A stretch of 63,375 nucleotides of DNA, counting the filler, from Chiloscyllium plagiosum (taxonomy: Eukaryota), in NCBI RefSeq assembly GCF_004010195.1. It is 4 parts of one record of this genome, joined end to end, with 100 filler letters (N's around TTAATTAATTAA, not from the genome) between each part and the next. Parts side by side here need not be neighbours in the genome. Positions count along the whole stretch, not along the records: positions 36,939 to 50,760 come from NC_057715.1; positions 50,861 to 63,375 come from NC_057715.1; 2 more parts are not named here. One strand, given 5' to 3'. Of this stretch, positions 46,113 through 59,076 are shown piece after piece (within the stretch, counting starts at the first letter, position 1; each line of letters begins with the position of its first letter). A model generated the notes under the pieces. The model worked only from the letters and a program-made list of their open reading frames with translations. It was not told the origin of the DNA and did no database searches. The translations under genes were made by a program, and so were the position numbers.

Positions 46113-47489
46113 GGGTGATATGGCACTGCCAATGAGAAGCCCCCCCACCAGGCTGACACATGGATCAGAAATCCAATTTGTAAAATAAACTCTGCTCCTT
46201 GTTATCAGCACAGGATCCAAAATATGACACCTCATGTAACGTTCACCTTCAGGTATTAGTTCTCTGTTCCATCTTCCAAAGACAGCTTGCATTTTTTTAT
46301 TATCCAACTATGTTGTCGACAGGAGTCCCTGGAGCTCTGTGCATTCAAACAGCTGCACCAGTCTCGATGTGCGACCAATCTATTTCACTTTCAGTGAATG
46401 TTGTGGGAGTTTTCAATGGGAGATGGAAATGTGTCTGCAAGCAGTGAATGTTGATCTTCGGTCAGATGCTTTTTTTCTCCTTTTGTTCATGAACTGCAGT
46501 GTGATTGACCCACATGCAGGTAATGTACCATGCAGAACAGGATGTTGGTAAACACAGGAAGGAGCTCATATTTCCCACTTCATCTAACTTTTTTCCTGGT
46601 TAATGGAGAATTAAATCTTCTGCATTCAGTGTCTACTCAAAGCAAAATATTTAAGATAAGGAACAGATCATGTCGGAAATTGTGGCTATAAATCTTTGTT
46701 AAAATTGTCAGCACCCGAGTTGTTATAAATCTGACGAGAAAACATGACAACCATTTTGTTCACAGCAAGATCCCACTGAACAAAAATGCCAGCTTATTTG
46801 TAGTTTTAAGCGATGTTGGTTGAGGGTAAAATATTGACCAGAACACCAGTAGTTTGCAGAATTGTTGGGATTTTTATCATCACTGATCATCCAATATGTG
46901 ATATGCAACAATATTGCAATGGGCAATGGTTTCATTCATTGCCTAATATTTTACGTAGTAAACATCTTTCCCAGTTATCACTTTGTATTTTGCCAGCAAA
47001 TGAAAAGCAATCATGGTGCCAGATTTTTTATCTGTTCTCCCTCTTATATTTCAACTCAAAACACTGGTACTGGACTATAAATTTTCTTTCTCAGGTGTAA
47101 AATGGTCTGAGCTAAAAAATAAGCACATGGTGAGAATATTTCAGTGCTGATGGTGAACTGCATTAATGTATCTTTGGAGTCTGCTGAGGCAATCTGATAC
47201 ATGCTGGTGGCTAATGCTCTACACTGGTGCTAAAATCTTGTCAAAGCTATCTCATGCTCCAGCAACAAGGTAGAGGAGTTGGTAATGATGTCCTTTGCTT
47301 CAGCATGGGCAGTCATGCCTTCAACAATCTGAGCCTGAAATTCAGTCATCCCTTCGCTCAAAATCTCCCATATTCTCTTCATCTTTATAATGTCCTGTAA
47401 AACTAAACCTTTGATCTGTTTCTAAGATCATCTTATACAGCCCAGTGTCATTTTTTTTGGAATAGCATTGTGACAATTTGATACATGAA

Positions 47490-48909
47490 AGGTGCTAATA
47501 ATGAGGAGGAAGTGCTGGATGTCTTGAAACACATAAAAGTGGACAAATCCCCAGGACCTAATCAGGTGTACCCTAGAACCCTGTGGGAAGCTAGAGAAAT
47601 GATTGCTGGGCCTCTTGCTGAGACATTTGTATCATCAATGGTCACAGGTGAGGTGCCGGAAGACTGGAGGTTGGCTAACATGGTGCCACTGTTTAAAACG
47701 GTGGTAAGGACAAGCCAGGGAACTGTAGGCCAGTGAGCCTGACATCGGTGGTGGGCAAGTTGTTGGAGGGAATCCTGAGGGACAGGATGTACATGTATTT
47801 GGAAAGGTAAGGACTGATTAGGCACAGTCAACATGGCTTTGTGCATGGGAAATCATGTCTCACAAACTTGATTGAGTTTTTTGAAGAAGTAACAAAGAGG
47901 AATTGATGAGATCAGAGTGGTACATGTGATCTATATGGACTTCAGTAAGGCGTTCGACAAGGTTCCCCATGGGAGACTGTTTAGCAAGGTTAGATCTCAC
48001 GGAATACAGGGAGAACTAGCCATTTGGATACAGAACTGATTCAAAGATAGAAAACAGATGGTGGTGATGGAGGGTTATTTTTCAGACGGGAGGCCTGTGA
48101 CCAGTGCTGTGCCACCAGGATCGGTGCTGGGTCCTCTACTTTTCATCGTTTATATAAATGATTTGGATTGACCATTAGAGATATAATTAATAAGTTTGCA
48201 GATGACACCAAAATTGGAGGTGTAGTGGAGAACGAAGAAGGTTACCTCAGATTACAATGGAATCTTGATCAAATGGGCCAATGGGCTAAGTAGTGGCAAA
48301 TGGAGTTTAATTCAGATAAATGCGAGGCACTACATTTTGGGAAAGCAAATCTTAGCAGAACTTATACACTTAATGGTAAGGTCCTCAGGAGTGTTGCTGA
48401 ACAAAGAGACCTTGGAGTGCAGGTTCATAGCTCCTTGAAAGTGAAGTCAAGGATAGTGGAGGATAGTGAAGAAAGCATTTGGTATGCTTTCCTTTATCGG
48501 TCAGAGTATTGAGTACAGGAGTTGGGAGGTCATGTTGCAGCTGTATAGGACATTGGTTAGGCCAGTGTTGGAATATTGCGTGCAATTCTGGTCTCCTTCC
48601 TATCGGAAAGATGTTGTGAAACTTGAAAGGGTTCAGAAAAGATTTACAAGGATGTNNNNNNNGGGGCAACCTTTTCACACAGAGAGTAGTATGTGTATGG
48701 AATGAGCTGCCAGAGGAAGTGGTGGAGGCTGGTACAATTGCAACATTTAAAAGGTATTTGAATAGATATATGAATAGGAAGGGTTTGGAGGGATATGGGC
48801 CTGGTACTGGCAGGTGGGACTAGATTGGGTTGGTATATCTGGTCAGCATGGGTGAGTTGGGCTAAAGGTCTGTTTCCATGCTGTACATCTCTATGACTGT
48901 ATGACTCTA
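47490..48909 (+). mobile_element. CR1 RT-to-3' end, decayed, with an internal gap
   Basis: VDKSPGPNQVYPR, YMDFSKAFDKVPH, KFADDTKIG, LEYCVQFWSP; (CTATGACT) tail. Confidence 0.93.
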
Positions 48910-48950
48910 AGTAGTTGTTGTTAATAATCTCTTCTGATTTGTTCTTCCAG

Positions 48951-48986
48951 GGTCCCCCAGGAATCCCAGGCCCTCCAGGACCAAAG
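48951..48986 (+). CDS. COL4A1: Collagen IV alpha-1-class exon (36 bp)
   Basis: ttccag|GPPGIPGPPGPK|gtaaat. Confidence 0.75.
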
Positions 48987-49099
48987 GTAAATGATTCTAT
49001 TCGGATACAGGATTGATATTATCGATAATACAGTAAATTCCACTAAGACCATGAACACCCATGATGCTCTTTGGGTGATGGGATGAGACATAGATTCTG

Positions 49100-49700
49100 C
49101 CACAAGTATCACGTGTGTCCTTGTGGGTTGCCATTTTTTGGAATTGATGTGCATTACCAAGTTGCTGTGATCTCTGATAGTCATGTCGGTGTGCGTTGGC
49201 CAGTAGGCAATATCGTCATTTCCCTCTGATGTCAACTAGTGTCTCCCAAGCACAGCAATCAATGTTGAAAGTCTTCATGCCTTGATTGCAGAAATTCTTG
49301 AAGTGGAGCTTGGGGGTGACCTACCAGCCTAAGTCCCAACGACTCCAAGATCTGAACCTCCTCGGTTACACGTCTGTATCACACTGCAAATTTACCTGAG
49401 CCAGTAAAGTCGCCTCTGAGTGGCAACTGCTTTCAGATTTGGCCTTAGCTGAGAACTATCACCCCTGGGATTCTGTGAGATGCGACGCCCAGAGTGTAAT
49501 GCAAACAGGGAAGATAGAAGGTGGGAGCTTCACTTCTTGATAGTGCCCTGTGCTTTACATCTGCACAGCAAAGTGCTGAGAACATAGGGCTCATAAACCA
49601 GTAACTTGGTTAGTAAGAGTCAGAGTGATGTTTCTCCAGGCAGGTCTCATGACAAACCAAAGATGAAAGCTGCTTTCTCTCAAAACACAGCTTTGGCTGT
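49100..49700 (-). mobile_element. RTE-clade LINE C-terminal remnant
   Basis: Minus frame at about 49330-49215 reads GHP/KLHFKNFCNQGMKTFNIDCCAWETLVDIRGK, like the RTE motif GRPKLRFKD..K.DMK..NID...WE.LA.DR. Confidence 0.6.
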
Positions 49701-49873
49701 CACCATGGGACATTCATAACACTGATATTATTGATATCGGTGACAGTGATATTGATAATACCGATCTTATTGTTGACAATATTAATTCTGATATCTCTAA
49801 AATCACTGATGTTATTGATATCCCTAAGGCATTTTGCTGACTATCTTGCATTTGTTGTTTCTTTTGTCAACAG

Positions 49874-49915
49874 GGGAACATGGGAGTACAGTTTTATGGA
49901 CCAAAGGGTCAGAAG
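49874..49915 (+). CDS. COL4A1: Collagen IV alpha-1-class exon (42 bp, about exon 12)
   Basis: aacag|GNMGVQFYGPKGQK|gtaaag. Confidence 0.75.
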
Positions 49916-49944
49916 GTAAAGGGCTATCACAACTGTATTTATAT

Positions 49945-50475
49945 TCTTTGGAATACTGCAGGCAATTCTGGTCTCCCTGCTATAGGAAAGATGTTGTTAA
50001 ACTTGAAATATTCAGAAAAGATTTATAAGCATGTTGCCAGGATTGGAGGGTTTAAGCAGTGGGGAGAGATGGAATAGGCTGTGGCTGTTTTCCCTGGAGT
50101 GGTTGTGGCTGAGGGGTGACCTTACAGAGGTTTAGAAAATCATGAGGGGCATGGATATGGTAAATAGACAAGATCTTTTCCCTGGGGAAGGGTAGGTTTA
50201 AGGTGAGAGGGAAAAGATATAAAAGGGACCTAAGGGGTAACGTTTTCATGCAGAAGGTGGTATGTGTATGGAATGAGCTGCCAGAGGAAGTGATGGAGGC
50301 TGGCACAATTGCAACATTTAAAAGGCATCTGGAAGGGTATATGAATAGGAAGGGTTTACAGGGATATGGGCTAAATGCTGACAAATGGGACTTGATTAAT
50401 TTGATATGTCTGGTCGGCATGGATGAGTTGGACCGAAGGGTCTGTTTCCATGCTGTACATCTCTATGACTCTATG
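49945..50475 (+). mobile_element. CR1 3' fragment
   Basis: LEYCRQFWSPCYRKDVVKLE; RGNVFMQKVVCVWNELP; tail. Confidence 0.9.
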
Positions 50476-50760
50476 ATAAATGAGCTATTTCATCCGATAA
50501 GCACAAACTAACCAACATCGATGAAATTCAACAAGTTGTCATTAAAAAGAAATTTGCTCAACTTTCTCACCATTAATTTTAGTCATTTTGGAAAGAGGGG
50601 GAACAAATGGGAGGGTTAGAGAGGGGAGAGGAGGAAGGTGAAAACAGGAGGGTTAGGGACCAGGGGTAATGGTAAGGGTTAAATGATAAGAGGAAGGGAT
50701 TTGTGATGAAAGCAGGGTGAAGCTGGGGTGGAGTGAAGCTGAGGGGGGAGGGGGAAGCTG

Positions 50761-50860
50761 NNNNNNNNNNNNNNNNNNNNNNNNNNNNNNNNNNNNNNNN
50801 NNNNTTAATTAATTAANNNNNNNNNNNNNNNNNNNNNNNNNNNNNNNNNNNNNNNNNNNN
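50761..50860. other. Artificial contig linker
   Basis: N44-TTAATTAATTAA-N44. Confidence 0.97.
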
Positions 50861-51224
50861 TAGCTGAACAAAGGAATTCTTGCAACTAATAACACAAAAA
50901 AGATATTGAAAATCATCAAAAGATTTTCGTTAAAACATTGTTTCAGTTATCCCACAGTTAATGCCCAATATTATTTAGGAACATTCTAACAAGAGTAATT
51001 AAAGTATTTGAATCACTTCAGACTTTTGCAAAGAACGGAAGTGTGAGCATTAATATCTAGCCACTTGTAACATTCTCATTAATAAGACTTTATATAAACA
51101 TTAATATGGCAATGGATAACAGTTTGAAAGCTGATGCACCACTGGAAACAGAAAGATTTGGCTTATGACTCCTGTGATGAGCAGGTTGTCTTATGATAGA
51201 GGATTGAATAGCATTGCCTATTGT

Positions 51225-51492
51225 GGGTGGCATGGTGGCACAGTGGTTAGCACTGCCTCACAGCGCCAGAGAACTGGGTTCAATTCCCACCTCAGGCAAC
51301 TGTCTGCGTGGGTGTCTTCCGAGTGCTCCGGTTTCCTCCCACAGTCCAAATATATGCAGGTTAGGTAAATTGGCCATGCTAAATTGCCCGTAGTGTTAGG
51401 TGTAGGGGAAATGGGTCTGGGTGGGTTGCTCTTCGGAGGGTTGGTGTGGACTTGTTGGGCCGAAGGGCCTGTTCCCACACTGTAGGGAATCT
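51225..51492 (+). mobile_element. HE1-type SINE (internal deletion)
   Basis: Head, partial core and tail. Confidence 0.85.
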
Positions 51493-51749
51493 AAAAATGT
51501 AATTTAATCTTCATGGGAATTTAACAGGATGAGAGGTGATCTCACATGAAAATATTTTTCAAAAGTCTTTGAGGGTTTGCTAGGGCAAGGTGAGAAGCTG
51601 TTTTTCCAAGCTGGAGCCTAGAACTAGTGGTCTTTGTTTTTGGGTCGTGTCTCAGCCATTTCAGATAGAAATATGAAGAAATTAGCTGTACTACGTTCTG
51701 ATGATTGTGACCCTTTGTAATTCTCTAAGTGTGGTTTCCTTGAGTATAT

Positions 51750-52363
51750 TGTTATGCACTCAAACCCCCTCAAAATATTCAGAAGATAGTCTAGACCCTA
51801 ACCTTTACTAAATTTAAAGGTAAATGTAAAATGTTGCATTCCAGATGCAATTTGATTGGACAAACCATCAGATTTAAAGCAAATCACAGTTTATTCATTT
51901 TAAAATACAACAAAAGAAAGAAGGAATGGGATCAACTTAACTCTACTGAAAAATATAACAGAATATTAGATACAGTAACTATTAGTAATCAACTGTTCCA
52001 ATATAGTAACATGTCTTAAAGACAGCCTTAGCTAAAGGCAAATTCAGAAAATAGATTGGTTCACCTGTAATTGCAGTATCTGGAAGAGAACCAACAAATT
52101 TTGGCCATAACTGAGAGAGGGGAAAAATAGCTTCCACTTCTTCAAGACCCCAGCAGCAACTAAACCTAAAACTATAAAATCCTGGTTCTGTCGGAGCTTG
52201 ACCATGCCCATTCAGGCTGCTTCTGTTGTTCTAACTTTAAAACAAAAACCCCCTGGCCTCTTGAGCTGTTGACCCTAATGGCTCTGGTTGACTGCTTGAA
52301 CCTCTGCCTTAAAGCCTTTCTTCAAAAAAAAGGACAAACTACACCACTTAAAGCCATACTACA
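51750..52363 (-). mobile_element. Probable solo LTR (614 bp) inserted in a CR1 3' fragment
   Basis: TG...CA ends; 4-bp duplication ATAT/ATGT; removal rejoins the CR1 sequence TTGAGTATAT|TCAAGATAGAGATTG; minus-strand AATAAA near 51890. Confidence 0.6.
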
Positions 52364-54778
52364 ATGTTCAAGATAGAGATTGATGGGCTTTTGGAATTTA
52401 AGAAAATCAAGGGATCTGAAGATAATTTGGGATTTAAGTTGGAGATCAGCCGTAATTTTCTTGGGTGGTGGAGTCGTCCTGCTCCTATTTCTTATAAACA
52501 TTTTAAATTCCATCAATTACGAAAACCCTACATTGTATTTTGCTAAGAAGAATAGCTACATGGACAACATTTATTCATCAATTAACACCAGTAAGGTAGA
52601 TGATCTGGTGATTATCAGATTGCTGTTTATGGGACTTTGTTCCTGATAATCTTTTTGCTCACTTTTCTATATTACGGCTATGATGGGACTTCAAAATAAT
52701 TTCATTGGCCATAAAAATATAAAGTAGTCAGCTTATGAAAAGTGCTATATAAATCCAAGCCTTTCCTCTTTAAAATTAAGGACTGTAATTGGTAAGGCAC
52801 ATTGTCTGCCGTTGAAGCCCTTTTCCATGCCTTTGTTCCCTCATCTAGCCTCCTACCTTGCACTGTCTGTAAACTTGGGCCTATAAACCCTATTTTCTCA
52901 GTTGCATCATCCCTCATTCACCTACCACCCCATCGTTCATTAACTCCCAGTCCGGTACAACTTAATTTTAATATTCTCATCCCTTGTTTTCCAACTGTTC
53001 TTTGTTCTCACCTCCTTCCTATTTCATTCAATCCTTACAACCCTCTGTGATTTCTGCTCTCCTCTAATCCTAGCCTTCTGCATAATTCTGCTTTTAATCT
53101 CTCCACCTTTGGGCATCATGAACATTATATGGAGATAATGGAATTGTTAGCTTGCAGTTTGCAATCAGAAGGGCATTCACCTCTAATCTCGAAATAATCT
53201 CTTTGTGAGTTCTATATCACTATGATCAGGATTTCCCCATAATCTTGCCTCATTTGTACTTTCCTGCCTGTTCCCAATAATCTTTGACTCCCTTATAATG
53301 CAAAAAATCTATCTCATCTTTGAATATATACAGTAACTTGGCTTCCACAGCTCTCTGGGGTTGAGAATTTCCAAAAAAGATTCACCCTGTGAAAGCATTC
53401 CCTATTATTTGAACAGTACAGCAGTGCATATTTCATTAACACTGGGCTATGAGCCAGTGTCAGTGTGTGGCTGTGGTAGTGATATTCTATAACCCTCCTT
53501 AATTTGCTTGATTGTGGTTTAGATTAAATTTGTTCCCAATGTCTGGTGGATGGAATAAGAGTTAAACATGTTAATGTTCTGCTTGAGCTGCTCTTCATCA
53601 TGGAGCTAAACCTCAAGGTTAACATTTATTTTTGGGATGGAAGGAAATGTTACTTGTCTGAAGGCCATGTGATGTGCTTTCTTCTCATTTGCCCAGAGGA
53701 GTCTGTTAATTTGAGATCTCGGTTTGTTGCTAGTTTGAGTCATTGAAGAGTGGAACATCCAGAGCTATGTGAAAAAAATCAAATCCACTTGGCAGATAGA
53801 CAACAATTGAATTATTAGCAGATGATGGATAGGAAGCTCTATCCAAAGGATATTCCTGCTCTTGATGACAACCTCTGTGTAAAAGGCTTTGAAGGGATTT
53901 TCCATTGCCAATCTCACCCGAGGGAAGATGCTAACCCATGCTTAGAATTGAAAGCAGCTCTAGCACCATCTGTGTCACAGTCTGCTGAGCAACTTGTGTT
54001 TGGTGCTCAAGAGTGTAGAATTATTTGTAAATAATGAAATGCTGTGTAGGAAGACACAAGCCTGTCAGGAAAAGTACAGATTCCGCTGTAGTATATCAGT
54101 GACAAATTTCTCATATTTCATAAGATGTGGAAATGGCTGCGGAGCAAGGATATTTGCACAAGAATTTCCAAACAGAAGCATTAAAATGTGTTGAATAGCA
54201 CTGAACATATGGTAAGAAACAGGCCATTTGGTTTAGCTAGTGTTTAGCTGTTCCCACACCAGCAACCCTCTCAACATATCTTCCTGTTCCTTTCTCATGT
54301 GTTTAATGAACGTTCCCTTAAATGCATTTATACCATTCACTTCATCTACACTATGTGTTTCCAAGTTCTGTATTCCATCCATTTCCGGGTAAGGAGTTTT
54401 CTCTGGAATTCCTCATTGGATTTGTTGGTGACTATTTTATTTCTAACTCCCTAGTTTTGGTTTCCCTTATGCATTTTATAGCCATGGATAGGTAGAAATG
54501 GCTCCCTCTTTCTCCGTTCTCGTTTGACTGCAACATCTTTTATAAACATTCAGTGAGCATTGTTAGATTTTGGGGGGCTTGTGATCACAGTTACCTTAAA
54601 AAGGCAGCTGACCGTTTGTATGCAATTTTCTGATAGTTCAATAGATTGTTAAGAAGCAACAGTTTCAAAACATTTGTTTATAAGACAAAAAAAGTATACA
54701 ACCAGGACAATTGGATAAGCCCACTGAAACCAGAGGACAAACAGGTTCTTGGAGTGGAATGTGTCAGTCTCATTCAGA

Positions 54779-57030
54779 TAGACAGGCAGGAGACTGGAAG
54801 AACACAGCAAGCCAGGCAGCATCAGGAGATGGAGAAGTCAACGGGGTGTAACGTTTCTTTAGGATTGGGAGTGGGTGTGGGGCGGCTGCAGATAAAGGAG
54901 ATGGTGGGGGCAGGGTGGTGAAGTGGGGATGGGTGAAGATAGGTAGAGGGTACACCTGGTTGGTCAACGGGAGAAATGCATCCAGTAGGTGGCAGGAAGC
55001 AGTGGAAGGGATGGGGAGGGGCTAGGTAGAGAGTCGGGAGATGGGGAGGGAATTTTTTGAAATTGAGAACTCAATGTTGAGTCCTCTGGGCTATAGGCTT
55101 CCCAGGCTGAGGATGAGGTGCTTTTCCTCCAATTTGCACTGTGGTTCAATATGGCAATGAAGGAAGCCAAGGATGGTCATGTTGGAAAGGGAGAGGAAAG
55201 GCAAATTAAAATAGATGGGGACTGGGAGGTCCGGTCGGCCTCTGTGGACATGGCTGCAATGCTTGATGAATCGTTCCCTAAGTTTACATTCAGTCTCCCT
55301 GATGTAGGGAAGACCAACTGATGCAGTAAACTAGGTTGGAAGAGTGGGCAAAAGTGAGGACTGCAGATGCTGAAGATTAGAGTTGGGAGTGTGGTGCTGG
55401 AAAAGCATCCGAAGAGCATGAAAATTGACGTTTCAGGCAAAAGCCCTTCATCAGGAGTGGCTGTAAGAGATTGGAAGAGAGGCAGGTGATCGTCTGTCTC
55501 AACTGGAAGGACTGTGTGTGGCTCTGGATGGAGGTGGGGGGGGGGGGGGGGTGTTGTACTGGCAGGTTTTGCATCATTTCCGGTTGCAGGGAAAGATACC
55601 TGGGGGTTCGGTGGCATCAGTAGGGAGAGTGGTGCAAACCAAGGGCTGTCAAAGGGAACGGTCATTGCAGATGGCAGAGAGGGGTGGGGAGGGGAAGATG
55701 TTCTTGGTGGTGGGGTCTAGTTGGAGTTGGCAGAAGTGTTTAAGGATGCGGAGACTGGTGGGGTGGTAGGTGAGGACACCATTGTGTTTTTCCTCCCTCT
55801 CTCATCCAGACAGCCCTCTGCTGCACCACCTCCATTCCTTGGTCCACTGCTCTAAACCCTCCCCACAATGTAATAAAGTCAGGACACCAGTTGTCCTCAC
55901 CTACCACCCCACCAGTCTCCACATTTAAAGCATCATCCATTAACACTTTCATCAACTCCAACTAGACCCCACTTCCAAGAACATCTTCCCCTCCTCACCC
56001 CTGTTTGCCTTCCACAAGGATCTGGACTTTTCTAATATCTAAAATGCTGGACAAAACCCTGGACTTTTCAAAACTTTTAAGATGTAAAGGGGGCAGCTGG
56101 ACTGTGTTCTATGGAAAATACACAAACATAACTCACAGAACGGAAATAGTTATCTGGAACCATTGTTCAGACTCGAATTCCAACTCACACCTCCTCTCTA
56201 AGTGGACAATCAACTGAAACAAACAGTTCAATCAACAGGAACAAGCAACAACTCTAGCCCGAGACAGATTTTACGCCTAAGGCTATCCATCGCAGACAAC
56301 ATGGGGCCTACAGAAATTTTACCTTAATTGAAATCTATTCACAGATACTCTAATGGTCAAAAAAACCAATTAACTTCAGATGGAAACACCAGAAACACAA
56401 CAAAAAGCACAGATTTGATGTGGAGGTAAGGGGCCCACAGTCAGTATAATTGCTGGCCCCGATCTCACCTGAGAGAGCTTCTCGACCCCACTACCAAGAA
56501 CACCTTCTCCACCCCACCCCTCTCTGCCTTCTCCAAATATCGTTCCCTTTGCCAGCCTTTAGTTTGCACCACTCTCCCCACCAACCCACCCACCGCCACT
56601 CCCTTTCTGATATGACCACCCTTGACCTCCTCCATTGCCACAATGAACCAAGCCACAAATTAGAGCAACAACACCTCATCTTCTGCCTGGGCAGCCTGCA
56701 GCCTGCAGGACTCAACATTGAATTCTCCAATTTCAAAAAACCTCCTTTCCTATCCCCCTGACTCCCTACCTAGCCCCTCCCCCTCCCTTCCACTGCTCCT
56801 TGCCACCAAACAGACTCACTCCTTCCATTGACCAACCAGGTTGTACCCTCTACCTGTCTTCACGTATCCCCACTTCCCTACCCCCTCAATCTGCAGCTCC
56901 CCCAGGCCTGAAGAAGGATTACACCCGAAACATCAACTTCTCCACCTCCTGATGCTGCCTGGCTTGCTGTGGTCTTCCAGCCTCCTGCCTGTCTACTTTA
57001 GATTCCAGCATCTGCAGATTTTTTTTTGTT
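54779..57030. mobile_element. Penelope-like (Neptune-type) remnants arranged as a large inverted repeat
   Basis: Arms about 54779-55185 (minus) and 56605-56997 (plus) both encode ..LE.QHLIFCLGSLQP.GLNIEF plus pLTR; internal GIFPCNRK*CKTCQY (minus, near 55600) and PVVLTYHPTSLHI..HFHQLQLDP (plus, near 55890). Confidence 0.8.
55345..55470 (-). mobile_element. Short hammerhead/pLTR insertion with a 9-bp TSD
   Basis: TTGGAAGAG at 55336-55344 and 55471-55479; reverse complement CTGATGAAGGGCTTTTGCCTGAAACGTC. Confidence 0.75.
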
Positions 57031-57429
57031 TCTAACCCAGTCTCATTAAGATGGCAGCATCCTGCTCCTTAGCTCTAGGGTCATGGAACTCTTCCTTGGG
57101 TTTTCTAATTGAATAAAATCGCTCCCCGATGAGGTCAGTCACCTACAAAAAGTCACCTCTGCCCCTGAGCACTTGTTGATGCATCCAGTTCTACAGGCTG
57201 GCTGCTTTTGTTGAGTCAATCAATTGTCTGAATCCTTTCAGCCAATGACTACAGGGCAGATACTCACGACAACAGGATGACTATTTTTCTCTGGCCATCT
57301 CCATTTGAAGATTTGTTGTCATTCCTTCTAAGACCATTCTACTTTCCCAAACACTGCATTGATAATAGGTTAATGAGCATCCAATAAATATTTTGATTGT
57401 GTTTTTAGAAAGTTAGTTACTTCTTATAA

Positions 57430-57605
57430 ACTAGGAGAAAATGAGGATTGCAGATATTGGAGATCAGAGTCGAGAGTCCGAGGAGCAGGAGAATTGATGT
57501 TTTGGGCATAAGTCCTGATGAAGGGCTTATCCTCGAAAATTCGATTCTCCTGTACCTCGGATGCTGCCTGACCTGCTGTGCTTTTACAGCACCTCACTCT
57601 CTACT
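57430..57605. mobile_element. Fold-back hammerhead/pLTR mini-element, decayed
   Basis: TCCGAGGAGCAGGAGAATTGA / TCGATTCTCCTGTACCTCGGA inverted around CTGATGAAGGGCTTATCCTCGAAA. Confidence 0.65.
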
Positions 57606-58778
57606 ACTGGCAAATATTAGATAAGGTTTCATGCTACACAGGAAATGATGCACATGAAATACTAAAAGAATTCCGTCTTAAAGGGGACCCCAATCTTGAA
57701 GAATGTTTCGCTGTTAAAGTGCAGTGCCTTTCGAAGTTGCAGACAGACAGGTTTTCTTGTAAGCTTTCAAAATCAAACCAAGTAGCATCTCAGCCAGTGT
57801 TCATTATCCAAGCAGAATGCCTTTAATGCCTTCCACACCCAGCAAGTTGCCTGATGTTTTGTGAATTGTTCAGTGGATGGACCATTCACATCCCTCTAAG
57901 GTGATTGTCTCTGATGGGTTCTGCTAGACAGACTAACTGCAGCCTAATGGATTCAGAATTTGTAGGGTAGAGTTATGCCACCCTGAGAAATGACTGTTTT
58001 ATGTCACTGAAAAGCTGCTGTTTAATATTTTAAAAGCTAACCAGTGGTTTCAGCCCAATAAATAAATAAAGTCATTTTAAATATAAAGCATAGCGGAAAC
58101 AAAATGGAAACATTTTCTCTGTGATACACTGTCAAAACCTTTCACAATCTTAAAGATTTCTATCAGATCACTTTCATGTGTTTTCCTTTCAGGAGAAAGG
58201 AACCTCAGTTCTTGCAACATCATTATACAAACCTTGACTCTAATATAGACGCGTGCTTTTTCTTTTATTATAATAAAACAAAAATTGCTGGAGAAACTCA
58301 GCGTGTCTGGCAGCATCTGTGGCAAGAAAAACGAGTTAATATTTTGCGTTTTGACTCTTCTTCAGAACTCCAGGTATGCCTTTTCTTTAAGTCTGCTTCT
58401 TTTTGTAAACTGAAAATGTAATGCAGAATTACATGCCTTTAGTTTCGCTCTCAGTTGTCATTTCTCATAATGAAGTATAAATAAATCATAATAAAAAACA
58501 ATTAAAACACCCATTTGTTAAATATATGAAAATAAATGCAAAATACCATTGACTGTTGGACTAATTTGGAATTAAATTTCACAGAGACTTTTCTTCAGAA
58601 TTTTCAAGGCCTTACCAGCTATGTTCCATGATTATCTATGTTTGATTTCATATATTTACAAAACTATATATTCTGTAATATTGTTCAATTACAAACATGT
58701 GTGCGGAATATATTTTCTTCATTTATTAATTTTCACAAGGGATTGTATGTTCATGGACCCTCCTCCAGCCCTTCAAGA

Positions 58779-59076
58779 GGTGGCACAGTGGTTAGCACTG
58801 CTGCCTCACAGCACCAGAGACCTGGGTTCAATTCCCACCTCAGGCAACTGTCTGTGTGGAGTTTGCACATTCTCCCTGTGTCTGCATGGGTTTCCTCTGG
58901 GTGCTCCGGTTTCCTCCCACAGTCCAAAAATGTGCAGGTCAGGTGAATTGGCCATGCTAAATTGCCTTTAGTGTTAGGTGTAGGGGAATGGGTCTGGGTG
59001 GGTTGCTCTTCGGAGGGTCGATGTGGACTTGTTGGGCCGAAGGGCCTGTTTCCACACTGTAAGTAATCTAATCTAA
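58779..59076 (+). mobile_element. HE1-type SINE
   Basis: Head, core and (TAATC)n tail. Confidence 0.9.
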
